Below, one piece after another: positions 25,752 to 38,477 of a stretch of 63,459 nt of DNA. A program made the position numbers and the translations under genes. The DNA comes from Octopus bimaculoides (Eukaryota): contig NC_068988.1 in the NCBI RefSeq assembly GCF_001194135.2, positions 81,080,219-81,143,677 on the forward strand, read 5' to 3'. The notes below the pieces were generated by a model. It ran no database searches. It was not told the origin of the DNA and was given only the letters and a program-made list of their open reading frames with translations. The stretch's first letter is position 1. Each line of letters opens with the position of its first letter.

Positions 25752-26537
25752 CAAACTTCTTTCATTTTCTGTCTACCATATCTACTCAAAAGGCTCAAGG
25801 CTATAGTAGAAGCTATGTGCCAAGGTGCTGCACAGTGGGACTGAAATCAGAACCATGTAGTTGGAAAGCAAATTTCTTGTGGTTGCAAAGTCAATTTTAT
25901 AACGATACTGCCATACCTTTATAAATTAAGGATTTTCATTCTCTCCCAAAGAATCTAAGTTCAACCATGCATGCCTGTCTGACTGTCTGTCTTTTCATTC
26001 TCTTTTTAATTTAGAGTAAATTTTGAACAACCACCAACTTAGTAGCAAAGTTCTGAAGTAAAGTATCTTGATTTAACTGTCATCCTTTAAATCTTAAGAA
26101 GATCTTGCAGATTTTTATAACTCCAATTATCATGTTCATTTATAGTGTGTATGTATGTATGTATGTATGTATGTATGTATGTATGCATGCATGCATGCAT
26201 GTATGTATGTGTGTGTGTGTGCGTGTATGTATGTATGTGCATATGTGTGTATATTGTATGCATGTATGTGTGTGTGTATGTATGTATGTATGTATGTATG
26301 TATGCATGCATTCTTTAAAAGACCTGTCTTTAAATTAATGAATGTCCTGTAAGCTAGCAATTCAACAATTTGAGATCAACAAAATACTGATTTGAAATAA
26401 GTATTGATGCTAATATAATGAACTAAAACATTGAAGATGATGCCCTTGCATGGGGCTCCATCATGAAACTAGTAATAGAATAAAGGAATGTATGTTTGTA
26501 TTGGTATTCTTCACTGATACACATACATAGTGAGAAA

Positions 26538-28242
26538 ACAGATGACATGGTAATTTTGAACTATTTCCATGATGGGTGTAGTTTATTAAATTTACCCCAT
26601 TAAATGTTATCACTCATTCAGCAGACTGTTATTTTAGTTGTATACTCATGAATAATTTTCTCATACCAAATGCTAAATAGAGGGAAAGTTACAAAGATCC
26701 GCTGTGTTTTAGTTCAGTATCTCATAGTTCTGAATAAAACTGAATAGTTCAAACTTAAATGTAGGTTAGTCTTTATTGAGCTGGATTAGGATCATAGGCA
26801 TTCCAGATAAGGCCATCCTATCAGTTTTCAGATGTAGCTTATCCAATGTGTTCTTCCTTTCTAAGGAAGGCATGATTTGAAGGAGATTTGGGTTGCTATT
26901 CCTAGCAAGCAGAGGTTCCTCCAAGAAAATTAATGATAATTACCTCCAACTACACAGACACATAACAAATGAAGTTTATTTTAACCCCATCACCACAGTT
27001 TTTGGGTGATCCTAGATTATGATGTATCACCTTCACTTTGTTGTTAAATTATAGAGTATTTTTAATGGCCATGATAGAAATTTTCTTTCTACTTTTTGAT
27101 GTCAGGCTGCAGCCATATATTGCATTTTATTAAGGATATTTTGTGGGTGTAATAAAGAATTATTTTGTTACTGCTCATTTTTGCTGTTGATTTTTATGTT
27201 CATTTTTGTCATTCCTTTTGTTTCTGTTGATTTTTGTGTGTACATTGTAATTGTTCAAAATCGGAGTGTGTGGTTGTATCAGATCACACTTTGTAAACAA
27301 TTGTGTTGTTGAAGTTTACATCAGTAATTATAGATTTAGTTGTAACTTTTAATAGGTCAAGCAATGGCATTTACTGTTGACAAAACTAAAGAATAACAAA
27401 ATTTTACATCACCAACAATAACAAACAGTACAGTTCAACAACAACAACAACAACAACCACTAAATAGTTCTTTATTAATTATATCCAAACCTAACCTTAC
27501 CCATGACAAACAAGTTGAGTTAAAAAAAAAAAAATGAAGAAATATATTTAAAAAATGGCTCTCTAAAAACAAAAGGCAAGCCTGTGGGGAAAACAGATGA
27601 TACGGTGATTTTGAACTATTTCCATGATGAATGTAATTACTGCAAACTAAGAAAAACTAAACACATGACTTTACCTGTTATAATATTTATTAAATTAACT
27701 TCATTAAATGTTGTCAATCGTTCATCTAACTATTAATTTAATTGTATACTCATGAATAACTTTGGGTGATTCTAAATTATGATGTACACCTTTAATTCGT
27801 TAAATAGTTATGATAGAATCTTTCTTTCTACTTTTCAATACCATGCTGCAGTTGTATTGCATCTTAGAAATATTTTGTGGGTGTAACAAAAAGTTATTTT
27901 GTTGCTGTTTATTATTGTTGTTGATTTTTGTATCTTTCATTGTAATTGCTGCTCAAAATGGGAGCATGTGACTGTATCAGATCACATACTGTATACAATT
28001 ATATACAATTTTGTTGTTGTAGTTTTCATTTAGATAAGTGTGGGTGATTATAGATTTAGCTGCAAGTTTTAATAGGTCAAACAACCACATTTATTTTTGA
28101 AAAAACATAAAAGAATTCAGCAATAACAAAAGTTTGCACCACCACCAACAGCGTCAGTACAATTCAACAACAATTAAATAATTTATTTATCTACTAATCT
28201 AACCTAACCTTTCCTATGAGAAATAAGCCTAGAAAAAAAAAT
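26538..28242. repeat. Old tandem duplication (copy A 26538-27535 with a ~380-bp insertion; copy B 27593-28242)
   Basis: Colinear shared blocks: TTTTGAACTATTTCCATGATG, TTGTATACTCATGAATAA, TTTGGGTGAT.CTA.ATTATGATGTA, TGTATCAGATCACA, TTTTAATAGGTCAA, AACCTAACCTT. Confidence 0.85.
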
Positions 28243-28246
28243 GAAA

Positions 28247-28755
28247 TCACATGATATGGGAATACCAGCACCCATGACAGGTGATTCTCTTCTGCTACTG
28301 TCTATGTGTGTGTTTTTATGCACTAAGCACCTATAAGAGAAGGTCTCTTGAGGCTAATAACTCAGTATTCAGTGTTCTAATGAAGCAGCCATGTTAAGTT
28401 GGATAGAAATATTACCTTTTGATATTAATACTGCTTCCATTGCTACTAATTAATTTTTTATAAACCTCTTGGCTATTTGTCACATCAGAATCTGGAATGA
28501 TGGCTGGTATTTTATATATCATGGCAGCAAAATTTGCCTGGCATGTGATAACTGACACTTCCCACTGATGTGGTTTAGTAGACCAAAATTGCGTGATATG
28601 GGAATTCCGGCACCTGTGGCAGATGATTCTTGTCTCCTACAGTATTTGCTTTTATGCACCAAGTGCCTATATGAGAGGATCTCTCAAGGCTGATAACACA
28701 ATATTGGGTGTTCTAACAAGAGATCCGTGAGAAGTTGGATGTAAACCATTATCTT
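28247..28755. repeat. Two diverged ~170-bp direct repeats (28247-28420, 28589-28755)
   Basis: Shared TGATATGGGAAT.CC.GCACC, TTTTATGCAC.AAG..CCTATA, GGCT.ATAAC.CA.TATT..GTGTTCTAA, AAGTTGGAT. Confidence 0.8.
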
Positions 28756-29355
28756 TATGTGAATATATATAAAGATAATGGTTGGAATTTAAAAGTAAAC
28801 CACTGGACATTTAAAAGTAAACCATTGGCATCTTGTTTATAACTGCTTGACTGTGAATCATTGTAACGTTTGTTATCTCCCTTGTGTTTTTTTTCTCATC
28901 TTTACCAGTGTCTCTTGTTTAGACGTTATCTGCTGAAAAGACAGCTGACAAATGGTCTTGTTTTCAGCTTGATAAACAGCAAAATTATTATTTTGACCAG
29001 GAAACCTTGGATTGCTGTATTTAATAAGATTTGTGGCTTTTTATTATAACATTATCTTTACTTTCTTAGCTGACCATGTGCTTTTCTACTTATTGAAGCA
29101 TTACCATATAATATATATATAAATATCATTTGTAAAAATGATATTTTCCTTCTGATATATTCTTCTGAAAGAAGAAGCACACTCTAAGATGGAAAGCAGT
29201 ACATATTAAAAATGGGAAAGGTTGGTTTATGGGATTACCAGGTTTTGGGGATCTGATGATACACCATAAAGCTAAACCCTTTATGGACTGGAAACATCTA
29301 AGGTAATCCCATAAACCGGCCTTCCCCATTTTTAAAATATGTGTGTGTGTGTAAG

Positions 29356-29408
<53 letters not shown>

Positions 29409-29646
29409 TACATATAATTAATAAAAAAAAAAAAACGAAGAAAAAACAAAAGAAAAATCAACAACACGAGGTTGTGGTACATGCAAAGTATTAAAAGATG
29501 CTCAGGGAAAGAAAGAAAGGTTGTTAAACATTTCAAGCAAAGACAGGAAAGTTCAAGAGAAAAAGAAGACGGAGGAAAAAAATTGGCCAACAATCCACAT
29601 GTAGTTACATATGTATAGAGTGTTTGAAGTGGTGTACAGATATTGC

Positions 29647-29822
29647 ATATTGAGAAAAAGGAGGCAATCAGAATTTTGGATAATTCTTTATTAGCACTTT
29701 CATTCGTTTATCTAACTCATCAAGACAGACCATTTTGATTTTGTCTTGATGAGTTCAATAAATGAACGAAAGCACTAATAAAAAATTATCCAAAATTCTG
29801 ACTGCCTCCTTTTTCACAATAT
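29647..29822. repeat. ~80-bp-arm palindrome, each arm with a hammerhead-like core
   Basis: 29647-29727 is the reverse complement of 29742-29822, with a short spacer. Confidence 0.9.
29739..29783 (+). ncRNA. Minimal type I hammerhead-like motif (variant core CUUGAUGA), probably decayed; mirror copy on the minus strand at 29686-29730
   Basis: TTTTGT-CTTGATGA-GTTC(aataaat)GAAC-GAAA-GCAC-TA-ATAAAA: stem I 6 bp, stem II 4 bp. Stem III AGCACT/AGTGCT in the two arms are both CpG-decay products of the palindrome AGCGCT. Confidence 0.55.
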
Positions 29823-30715
29823 ATATATATATGAGTGTGCGTGTATGTCTGTGTCTCCTTGTCTTAATATTGCATGATTGTTGTAAATAAGTGTCACTGC
29901 CATAGAAACAGTGTCATCCATATCCAATAATCTGCAAAATAATGTCTGCCTATGGCTAAATATTACCTAATTTCAAAACAGGTGAGGTTTGGTAATGGGA
30001 CATATATCCAACCATGGAGAATATGCCTCAGTAAACTCCATCTAACTTATGCAAGCACAAAAAAGTTGACATTAAAATCATGATGATGATTATGATGATA
30101 ATGATATGGAGGAGGAGGAGGAGGAGGAGATGAAACATGGTTTATTATTTGATTTGCTTGGTAGATGAACAAAGTTGTTTGATGAAAATAGGAACAAAAA
30201 TTTGTTCTTCCAAGCCAACAAACTTGTGTCACTTTTTATGATTAAATAAATATATCTTTTTTGTTTTTGTGTAAGAGCAGGAGCGGAGGCAATTCAAGTA
30301 ATTACTGGTACTTATAATCAATTATTCACTATTAATTTGGTCACCTTAGAAAGAACAACTATCAACTACTTTGCTGTTAATGACGTGTTGTTGGTAACAA
30401 AAGCTATCAGCTACCTTTAGTGATCTATCCAAGCATTTAAAAGAATCTATTTTATTTTACAAGAGCACTGAGTATTTATTGCACCAGTGCACTTGGTATT
30501 TAGGAAATCTACCTCCTCTGAAAGTCAGCTACATTGTTTATACTATACATACCAATTTCAATTTCCACTGAATCCTTCTCTCCATAGTGTGCATGATCGT
30601 TTCCTTGATGGTATCTGGCTCCTGTCCTACTTCCTACATTTTGCTTTTGCTAAGTTCACTTCAAGGCACTTCAATTCTAGGTTTTGCTTCCATTTCTGCT
30701 TAGAATCTTCTACAG

Positions 30716-31388
30716 CTGTGTTTCTCAACCATTTTTTTTTTTTTTACCTATGGACCCCTTTGATTCCTATTTGATTTGGATGAACCCTCATAGACATTTG
30801 ATCTTTAAAAAATCCTGTTATATTTTTATAATTAAATATTATTATCAATTGTATCAAAAAAAGATTCTTTTACTCTTTTACTCTTTTACTTGTTTCAGTC
30901 ATTTGACTGCGGCCATGCTGGAGCACCGCCTTTAGTTGAGCAAATCGACCCCAGGACTTATTCTTTGTAAGCCTAGTACTTATTCTATCGGCCTCTTTTT
31001 GCCGAACCGCTAAGTTACGGGGATGTAAACACATCAGCATCGGTTGTCAAGCGATGATGGGGGGACAAACACAGACACACAAACACACACACATACATAT
31101 ATATATACATATATACGACAGGCTTCTTTCAGTTTCCGTCTACCAAATCCACTCACAAGGCTTTGGTCGGCCTGAGGCTATAGTAGAAGACACTTGCCCA
31201 AAGTGCCATGCAGTGGGACTGAACCCGGAACCATGTGGTTGGTAAGCAAGCTACTTACCACATAGCCACTCCTGTGCCTATTATTATTAACATATTTTGT
31301 ATTTGGTAGAGATATAAGCGATTTATTGCAGATAAATTTTAACAATATCTTATATGGATCCCATATGGACACCAGTTGAGAACCACTG
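30716..31388. mobile_element. hAT (Buster/Charlie-type) MITE with nested SINE
   Basis: Ends CTGTGTTTCTCAACC / AGTTGAGAACCACTG; flanks TTCTACAG and ATATACAC with central TA. It interrupts an RTE fragment at 30540-30715. Confidence 0.65.
30866..31278 (-). mobile_element. Full-length SINE family A
   Basis: Reverse complement of the 8189 element with a (TACTCTT)n tail; CpGs retained, so probably young. Confidence 0.92.
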
Positions 31389-31398
31389 ATATACACTA

Positions 31399-31648
31399 TT
31401 GCAGCATAGAAGATGTTTGTAAGCCATTTACGAACACACAAAAACCATTAGTTTCACTTCAGCAATTAAATTTAATTTGTGTTAAAACATTTTCATCGCT
31501 TTCAAACCATGACTCTGTTTAGTCAGTGAACAGGTCGCAGTTTCAAAGTGATGAAAATATTTTGACACAAATTAAATTTAATTGCTGAAGTGAAACTAAT
31601 GGATTTTGTGTGTTCTTAAATGACTTACAAACATCTTCCATGCAGCAA
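31399..31648. mobile_element. Fold-back/MITE with ~105-bp inverted arms
   Basis: GAAGATGTTTGTAAG.CATTTA.GAACACACAAAA.CCATTAGTTTCACTTCAGCAATTAAATTTAATTTGTGT is mirrored at 31537-31648. Confidence 0.9.
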
Positions 31649-31837
31649 TTGTTTTTGTTTCAGTACACAATCTCAGATCAAGTTACTTGCTATGCAAGTA
31701 CACCTCCGTAACATATATATATAGAGAGAGAGAGAGAAAGAAAGAGAGAGAGAGAGAAAGATAGATAGACAGATAGATATACATACATATACACATACAT
31801 GCAGCCAACTAGTTAGACAGACAGACAGACAGACAGA

Positions 31838-32089
31838 ATGGGCAGCCATACAGTTTCTTATTTCTTTACTGCCCACAAGGGGCTACACACAGAGGGGACA
31901 AACAAGGAAAGACAAACGGATTAAGTCAATTATATCAGCCACAGAGCAAAACTGATACTTATTTCATTGGCCTGGAAAGGAAGAAAGGCAAAGTCGAACT
32001 TGGCAGAATTTGAACTCAGAACATAGCAGCAGACGAAATACCACTAAGTATTTCGCCCAGTGTGCTAATGTTTCTGCCAGCTCACCGCC
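31838..32089 (-). mobile_element. SINE family C (fragments also at ~7250-7330 and ~40785-40920)
   Basis: Head GGCGGTGAGCTGGCAGAA..TTAGCAC, B-box-like GAGTTCAAATTCTGCC, and AGTTCGACTTTGCCTTTC shared with the other fragments. Confidence 0.75.
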
Positions 32090-33248
32090 TTCAGCCACAC
32101 AGTTTCTGTCTACCAAGTTCACTTATACAAGACTTGAGTTGGCCCAAGATTACAGTATAAGACTCTTACCCAAGCTGCCATGCAGTGGGACAAAACCCAA
32201 ATCTATATGGCTGCAAAGCAAGTTTCCTAACTACACAGTCATACCTGCAGCTATTGTTTCTCTTTTTTTTTCTATTTTAACGTGAAAGTGTGTGGTGTAA
32301 TAGTTTGGATTGAAGACCTAATGATGTTTAGGTCATGAGTTTGATTCTTGGACCTTGCATTGTGTCCTTGGGCAAAACATTGTATTTTACATTGCTCTAG
32401 TCCACAAAGCTGACAAAAATGAGATGCATCTGTAATTCAAAGGGCCAGCCTTGCTACATGCTGTGTTCTACTACATGCTAATTTCATGAACAGGTTGGAA
32501 CAATTGCTGTCATGACTGACGGAGTGTATATTACACACACATTTACCACATATTATGAATGAGGTGACAGACACAGTGAGAAGACAGTAGAAATATAGGT
32601 CTAATGTGGAATGAAGGCCAAGGCCATCACATTTAGCAGGCAGTTTAGCCTATTGCCAGCTGGTACTGTGAAAATTGACATTTCAGATCAATTCAAGCAC
32701 AATGCTGGATGGTATCATTGATATTGCTGAGGTGGTTTGTGAGAGGGTAACATGGTGCACTGCATGGTGGCAAAAGGATCTTAACCAGGGTAAAGTGATT
32801 CTTCAAGAAGGAGAGCACCAGGTATGCATCAATGAGGTGCACTCTCTGTCAGTCTGCATATACAAGCAATCTTGTTATTGCTTTCGGGAAGATTGGAGAA
32901 CCAAGAATGTAGACGGTATCCCTTGTTGTCAGCTGATCTAAAGGCAGTGCTCCAGCATGGCCGCAGTCAGATGACTGAAACAAGTAAAAGAAAAACATAA
33001 AGCAATGTTTATTGCCATCTAAGCATGAGTGTCCTATAAGAACAGACAGTACTGTTATTTTAACCCCAGGAGGACGCCTCCTCAAGCTGGTTATTCAGTG
33101 TGCTTTGTACTTGACACATATTGCAAGCAGGGACAGAATTCCCTACCATTCTAGCTCTGAGACCACCAAATCATGGGATTTTTACCTCATTTTGGTCATG
33201 ATTAGTGATGAATATTCGTCTGCTAGACATAACAGATATATATATATA

Positions 33249-33612
33249 GGTGTAGCTGTGAAGTAAGACATTTCCCTCTCAATCACATGGTCCCAGGTTC
33301 AGTACAACCGAATGGCACCAGAGTAAGTCTTGCACTACCTGGCTGGGCCACGCAAAGCCTCGTGACCTTGTGAGTTTATTTGGTAGATGGAAACTGTGGT
33401 GTACCTTTGTGATTGTGTTTGTCCCCCACACAGCTTCTTAACAACCGGTGTTGGTTTGTTTACATCCCCATAACATAGTGGTTCAGAAAAAGGAAGCAAC
33501 AGAACTAGTATCAATCTTTAAAAAATAGCTCTGGGTTTGATTCATTCGACTAGAATCCTTCAAGATGATGCCCCAGAATGGCCACTGTCCAATGACTGAA
33601 ACAAAGTAAAAC
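33249..33612 (+). mobile_element. Degenerate SINE family A
   Basis: CACATGGTCCCAGGTTCAG, TTTGGTAGATGGAAACTG, GTTTGTCCCC, AATGACTGAAAC..GTAAAA. Confidence 0.75.
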
Positions 33613-33623
33613 TACATATATAT

Positions 33624-33874
33624 ATCATTGCTATTATGCAAAAATGTCGTAAGTCCAAAATGTTGCTTTTTTAGAAAACGAAAAAAATAGTTCCACTATT
33701 CCATAACAAAACCGTTGTACTACACCTTGACAATTTTTGATATCTTGGAATCTGAAGCAGCTGGAGATACGATAGTTTGACCAAAAGAACTAGCCATTGC
33801 AAGCAAAAATAGATATTGAAAAAATGCATTTGGTCAAATTTGGGCATACAACAGTTTAACATAATAGCAACGAT
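33624..33874. mobile_element. MITE with 15-bp TIRs (ATCRTTGCTATTATG); second copy at 63190-63431
   Basis: TIR pair at both ends. The interior is the reverse complement of 63200-63431; ORFs 33671..33862 and 63218..63421 translate alike. Confidence 0.85.
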
Positions 33875-34299
33875 TTATGTATGTATGTACATGCATACAT
33901 ACATGCACACACACATATATAGATATATATGTGTGTACACATATATACACATATACATCTATAACATGTATACACACAAATGTATATATAGGGGATGGTG
34001 AAAAATGAGGTGTTTTTACTGCATTTTCAACTTTGAGACGAAATATATTTTTTATAAATGTTCTCTATCTTGCAAAGACTATATCTGCTAAGCAATTTAC
34101 CATCTCTAAATGTATTAAAAACATAACATGATCTGATCATTATTTCAGAAAATTATCGCCTAATTTGAATTCTCTCAACTTGAACGAAAACAATTATGCT
34201 GACTAATTTTTATTTCTAAATATAAAGTAGCAATGGAAAATGATGATGCAATACATGCAATTAATGATTTCAAACATGCAGGGAAAAAACACATATTTT

Positions 34300-34500
34300 T
34301 AACCTCTTCTGCCGTGACGAAGCTGAAAAACATATGGAAAAGCAATTCCATTAGTTTTCCAACACTACTGAGAGTGTACAAGACCCTGGTGATTTTAATA
34401 CTTCTATATGGGTGTGAGAGCTGGATTCTTGCAGCTGACATGGAGCGAAGAATCTAGGCATTTGAGCAATGCTGCATGTGCCAGGCTCTTCTATAACACA
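34300..34500 (+). mobile_element. LINE ORF2 C-terminal fragment (RTE-like)
   Basis: IWKSNSISFPTLLRVYKTLVILILLYGCESW..RRI*AFE. Confidence 0.8.
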
Positions 34501-35086
34501 TCTTATCTACGTTCTTATATGCTGGTGAGACATGAGCTACTATGAAGAGGATAGAACATCGATTAACTACAATGCAAGATGCCATAAAAAGATCCATGCT
34601 AGGAGAATCATTAACAGAGAACATTTGAAATGAGATTATTTGACACGATTACAGAGTATTGAAAGCACAAGTTTCACTGGGTCAGACAACAGATGGACCT
34701 TTGCAGTTTCAGAGTGGTATCCAAGAAATGGGAAATGACCAATTGGAAAGCCTCCATGTCGATGGGAAGGCAATTTAGGTCAAGATGGAAAAGAATGTTG
34801 CAATCAAGATAGAATTGGAAGCACATGGTGACCAGTGGTGTATAACAGCATCTGATGGTCTACTTGATCCTGTGATACTGAGATATATAGTTTAGTGTTC
34901 TGTTATTAGTAGGATCAACAAAAAAAGTACTCCATCCAATAAGCAATAAATATCATTTAAGATACGCAGTATTGAAATATGAGTTACTAATACAAGATGG
35001 TCACTAGAAAAGCAAAAAACTTGACACATGTTGTTTGTCTCATATAGGTATTGTGAAAATATAAATTGGCATTTCACGAATTTTCC

Positions 35087-35470
35087 ACTTCATTTTAAGG
35101 TGTTATTATAATCCATGGTACTCCATCTTGTGGTAAGTAAATAAAGTCACTTTCAGGAGATATATCCATAGGCTGCAGCTTACATCATTGTGTTTGCATT
35201 ATGCTGAGGGAAATAGTGAAGGTAGTATGCTACGTGGTGGGTTTAATGGTATGATCCATGCTACAGGGGTCAGAGGTTAGAGGCTAAACATTATTTAATA
35301 AATATAGCATTATAAAAGGAGTTGGCAGAAATAACTTAAATTGAACTTGTTAAGGGAAAATTAATACATAAATACATTAATGAAAGAAAAACTGAGTAAA
35401 ACCTTAGCGACTTTATTTACTTACCACAAGATGGAATACCATGAATTATAATAACACCTTAAAATGAAGT
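35087..35470. repeat. 64-bp inverted repeat pair with ~255-bp spacer
   Basis: 35087-35150 is the reverse complement of 35407-35470 (ACTTCATTTTAAGGTGTTATTATAAT.CATGGTA.TCCATCTTGTGGTAAGTAAATAAAGTC). Confidence 0.9.
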
Positions 35471-36639
35471 TCTTACTTTTTCTTACCATGTCTATTACAT
35501 TACATTACATTATTTATTATTTTTATTTTTACCTATTTACTCTTATCTTATTTTGCCCTACTCTATTATTCTAACTGAATTTCCCACATGTTAGTTTCCT
35601 AACATTTGTACTCTCTGAAGAAGCCTTGAGGCTCAACCATTATCCAATCTCTGTCCAGTGTTTGTTCATCCCTGTATGTCACTGACGTAATGAGGATGAC
35701 TTGGAAGATTCCGAGGCCTCATGGTAGAAATGGCCGTAAGGGATTTGTATCTGTACACTGGTCTATTATTATTTATTCATCTCCTCCTCCTCCTCATCAT
35801 CATTGTTTAACGTCCGTTTTCCATGCTGGCATATATATGTGTACGCATTTATTGTCTGATCTCATTCGTTTACTTGTACAACTTAAACACATGTTTGTTA
35901 TCATTTGATAAATAGATATTGGAATGTTTACTGGCTGATGTTTGTCAATTTTATATCCTCTCCATTTTCTTATTTGCCTTATATATATATATGTATGTAT
36001 ATATATATAGTAAATTTTAGAGGTAATACTTGATAATTGCAAGCACCTGTATATGCCAGATAGTGGCCGGGGTGAAAGAATAAATTAAAAACGTAAAAAT
36101 AAAAAACAGAACACAAAGGATTCCGCGGTACATGTGTTTCAAGCTTTATAGTTGTTGCATCATTATATTGATATATAATTGATAGACAGGATGGTATAAA
36201 GCTATCTTCAGCCACAAATATTTTCTTTCCCAAGTATTATATCACAAAGAAGAAATCACCAAGAAAAAAGACTATATATATATAGTAAATTTTAGNNNNN
36301 NNNNNNNNNNNNNNNNNNNNNNNNNNNNNNNNNNNNNNNNNNNNNNNNNNNNNNNNNNNNNNNNNNNNNNNNNNNNNNNNNNNNNNNNNNNNNNNNNNNN
36401 NNNNNNNNNNNNNNNNNNTGTATATATATACATGCTAAGCATTTTTCCCAGTATATTAATGATTTTGTCACCTTGTCAACGTCCTATGACTTATTAATGT
36501 TAAACACAGTGTCATTTAATTAATATTCTAATTCATGGTGATATGTGAGTGTGATGAGATGAAACGAGCTTTAATTGCCATGCTGATAGATATGATAAGG
36601 AGCAATTAGTATCTGGTAGAGAAAGTTAAGCTTGTACCA

Positions 36640-37790
36640 AATACTCCGACAATTAGTGAGATAAAATTTCCACTTGTGTGAAGATTGGACGGCATGTTTT
36701 ACTCGTGTACCCTCACAGTTCCACAGGCATTAGTCCTCCTTGTCTGCAGCTGCAGGAAGAGGTCTAGACAGGAAAACCAGTTGTCTATGTAAATATTGTA
36801 GCCTTTGTCAAACAAGTTTACATTCAGTGACAACAAGACATCAGTTGATGCTAGAGTAGATGCTGGCAGATCCAATATGTCCTGAACAGTGTAAATTTTG
36901 TAATTCCACATGTACCTACTGGCTCTGTCAGTTGACTGGCATACTTTATAAACCTTGAATCCAAAGCAGGCATGTTTGGTTGGGTTGTATTGTTTGAATC
37001 AGAGCCTTCCCTTGAATTTCCACAAACTCTCGTCCATACAAACATCCTGCGTGGGGACATACATTGTTCTGAAATTTTCAGCCATTTCATGAACGAAAGG
37101 ACATATTTTGTGCAGTCTGCCATTCTGGTTCTCACCTGAACTGAAATGTAGATTTCGAAGAAGCATCAAAAATCGATTACGTGGCATTGTTTCCTGAAAG
37201 AAAGGTGTCGATGTGGCTGGATCCTGATTCCAGTATGATGCCAAGGTCGGTTTCTTCATGATTCCCATCAGTATCAGTAAAACTTAGATTTTGTCCCCTG
37301 TAGTTGGAAACCAGCTACTGCCATGCCCAGGTCTGACATGCTGGGGATGATTTTCAGCATAGTCATTCATTTTGTCCGCTATATATTGGAATATTTCATC
37401 TGACAAAAACTCGTGCAAGATTTCCAGTGGTAAACTTCCATCTTCAAGGTTTGCCTTTATGCCAGGCATACCAGTACCATGCTGTCGGACAAAATTGTCT
37501 CTTGCTCGTCACATGACATTTTGTTATCCGGGGCCATTCACTGCTGCCCGCTTGTATCTTTGATTCACTGGAATATCATTATCGCTATTTGGAATCATCT
37601 GATTCTGAACTAGGAAAATACTTACACTCCGAGTCATTTTCCGAACCAGAAGAAACAACTGGTGAGGTGGTGGCGCTTAGCTGGCATGACGACTGTAAAT
37701 TTGCTAAAACAGGACGCAACAATGAAGTTGACAGAGCCGGGGTGGCAAGACAGCCTTTTAGGTTGTAAATATTTACATGAAACATCTAAT
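36640..37790 (-). mobile_element. piggyBac transposase relic (PGBD4-like), with stops and frameshifts
   Basis: Acidic N-terminus; MGIMKKPTLASYW; MPRNRFLMLLRNLHF; VCMDESLWKFKGRL; GYNIYIDNWFS..LF..L...TNACGTVR are DDE_Tnp_1_7 motifs. Termini were not found. Confidence 0.92.
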
Positions 37791-37975
37791 CAGCCTATCA
37801 GTTACCAGGTGGACTGGTACTAACTCAGGCGACAAGTTCTAAGTCAGGCAGCGTATAATTACGTTGACTGATTTAACGCATATACATTGCATGTGTAAAT
37901 TTATGTCAACCATCTTAAAAGGTGTAATATGAAACAAATAGTAGCCTTGATATGCAAATAAGGTTGGCGTAGCTA

Positions 37976-38322
37976 GGCACAGGCATGGCTGTGTAATAAG
38001 AAGCTTGCTTCCCAACCACATGGTTCTGAGTTCAGTCCCACTGCATGGCATCTTTGGCAAATGTCCTCTACTAGAGTCTTGGACCAACTAAAAGCCTTGT
38101 GAGTGGACTTGGTAGATGGAAACTAAATTAAGCCTATCACACACACACACACACACACACAAACACATTTCTGTGTGTGTGTCTTTGTGTCTGTTTTTGA
38201 TCCCTCCACTATTGATTGACAACCGATGTTGGTGTGTTTATGTCTCTGTAACTTAGTGGTTTGGCAATGAAAGACTGATAGAATAAGTACTAGGCTTACA
38301 AAGAATAAGCCTTGGGGTCGAA
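37976..38322 (+). mobile_element. SINE family A
   Basis: GGCACAGGCATGGCTGTG..AAG.AGCTTGCTTCCCAACCACATGGTTC.GAGTTCAGTCCCACTGC...GATAGAATAAGTACTAGGCTTACAAAGAATAAG. Confidence 0.9.
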
Positions 38323-38336
38323 GATATATGTGTGTG

Positions 38337-38384
<48 letters not shown>

Positions 38385-38431
38385 NNNNNNNNNNNNNNNN
38401 NNNNNNNNNNNNNNNNNNNNNNNNNNNNNNN

Positions 38432-38476
<45 letters not shown>

Positions 38477-38477
<1 letters not shown>

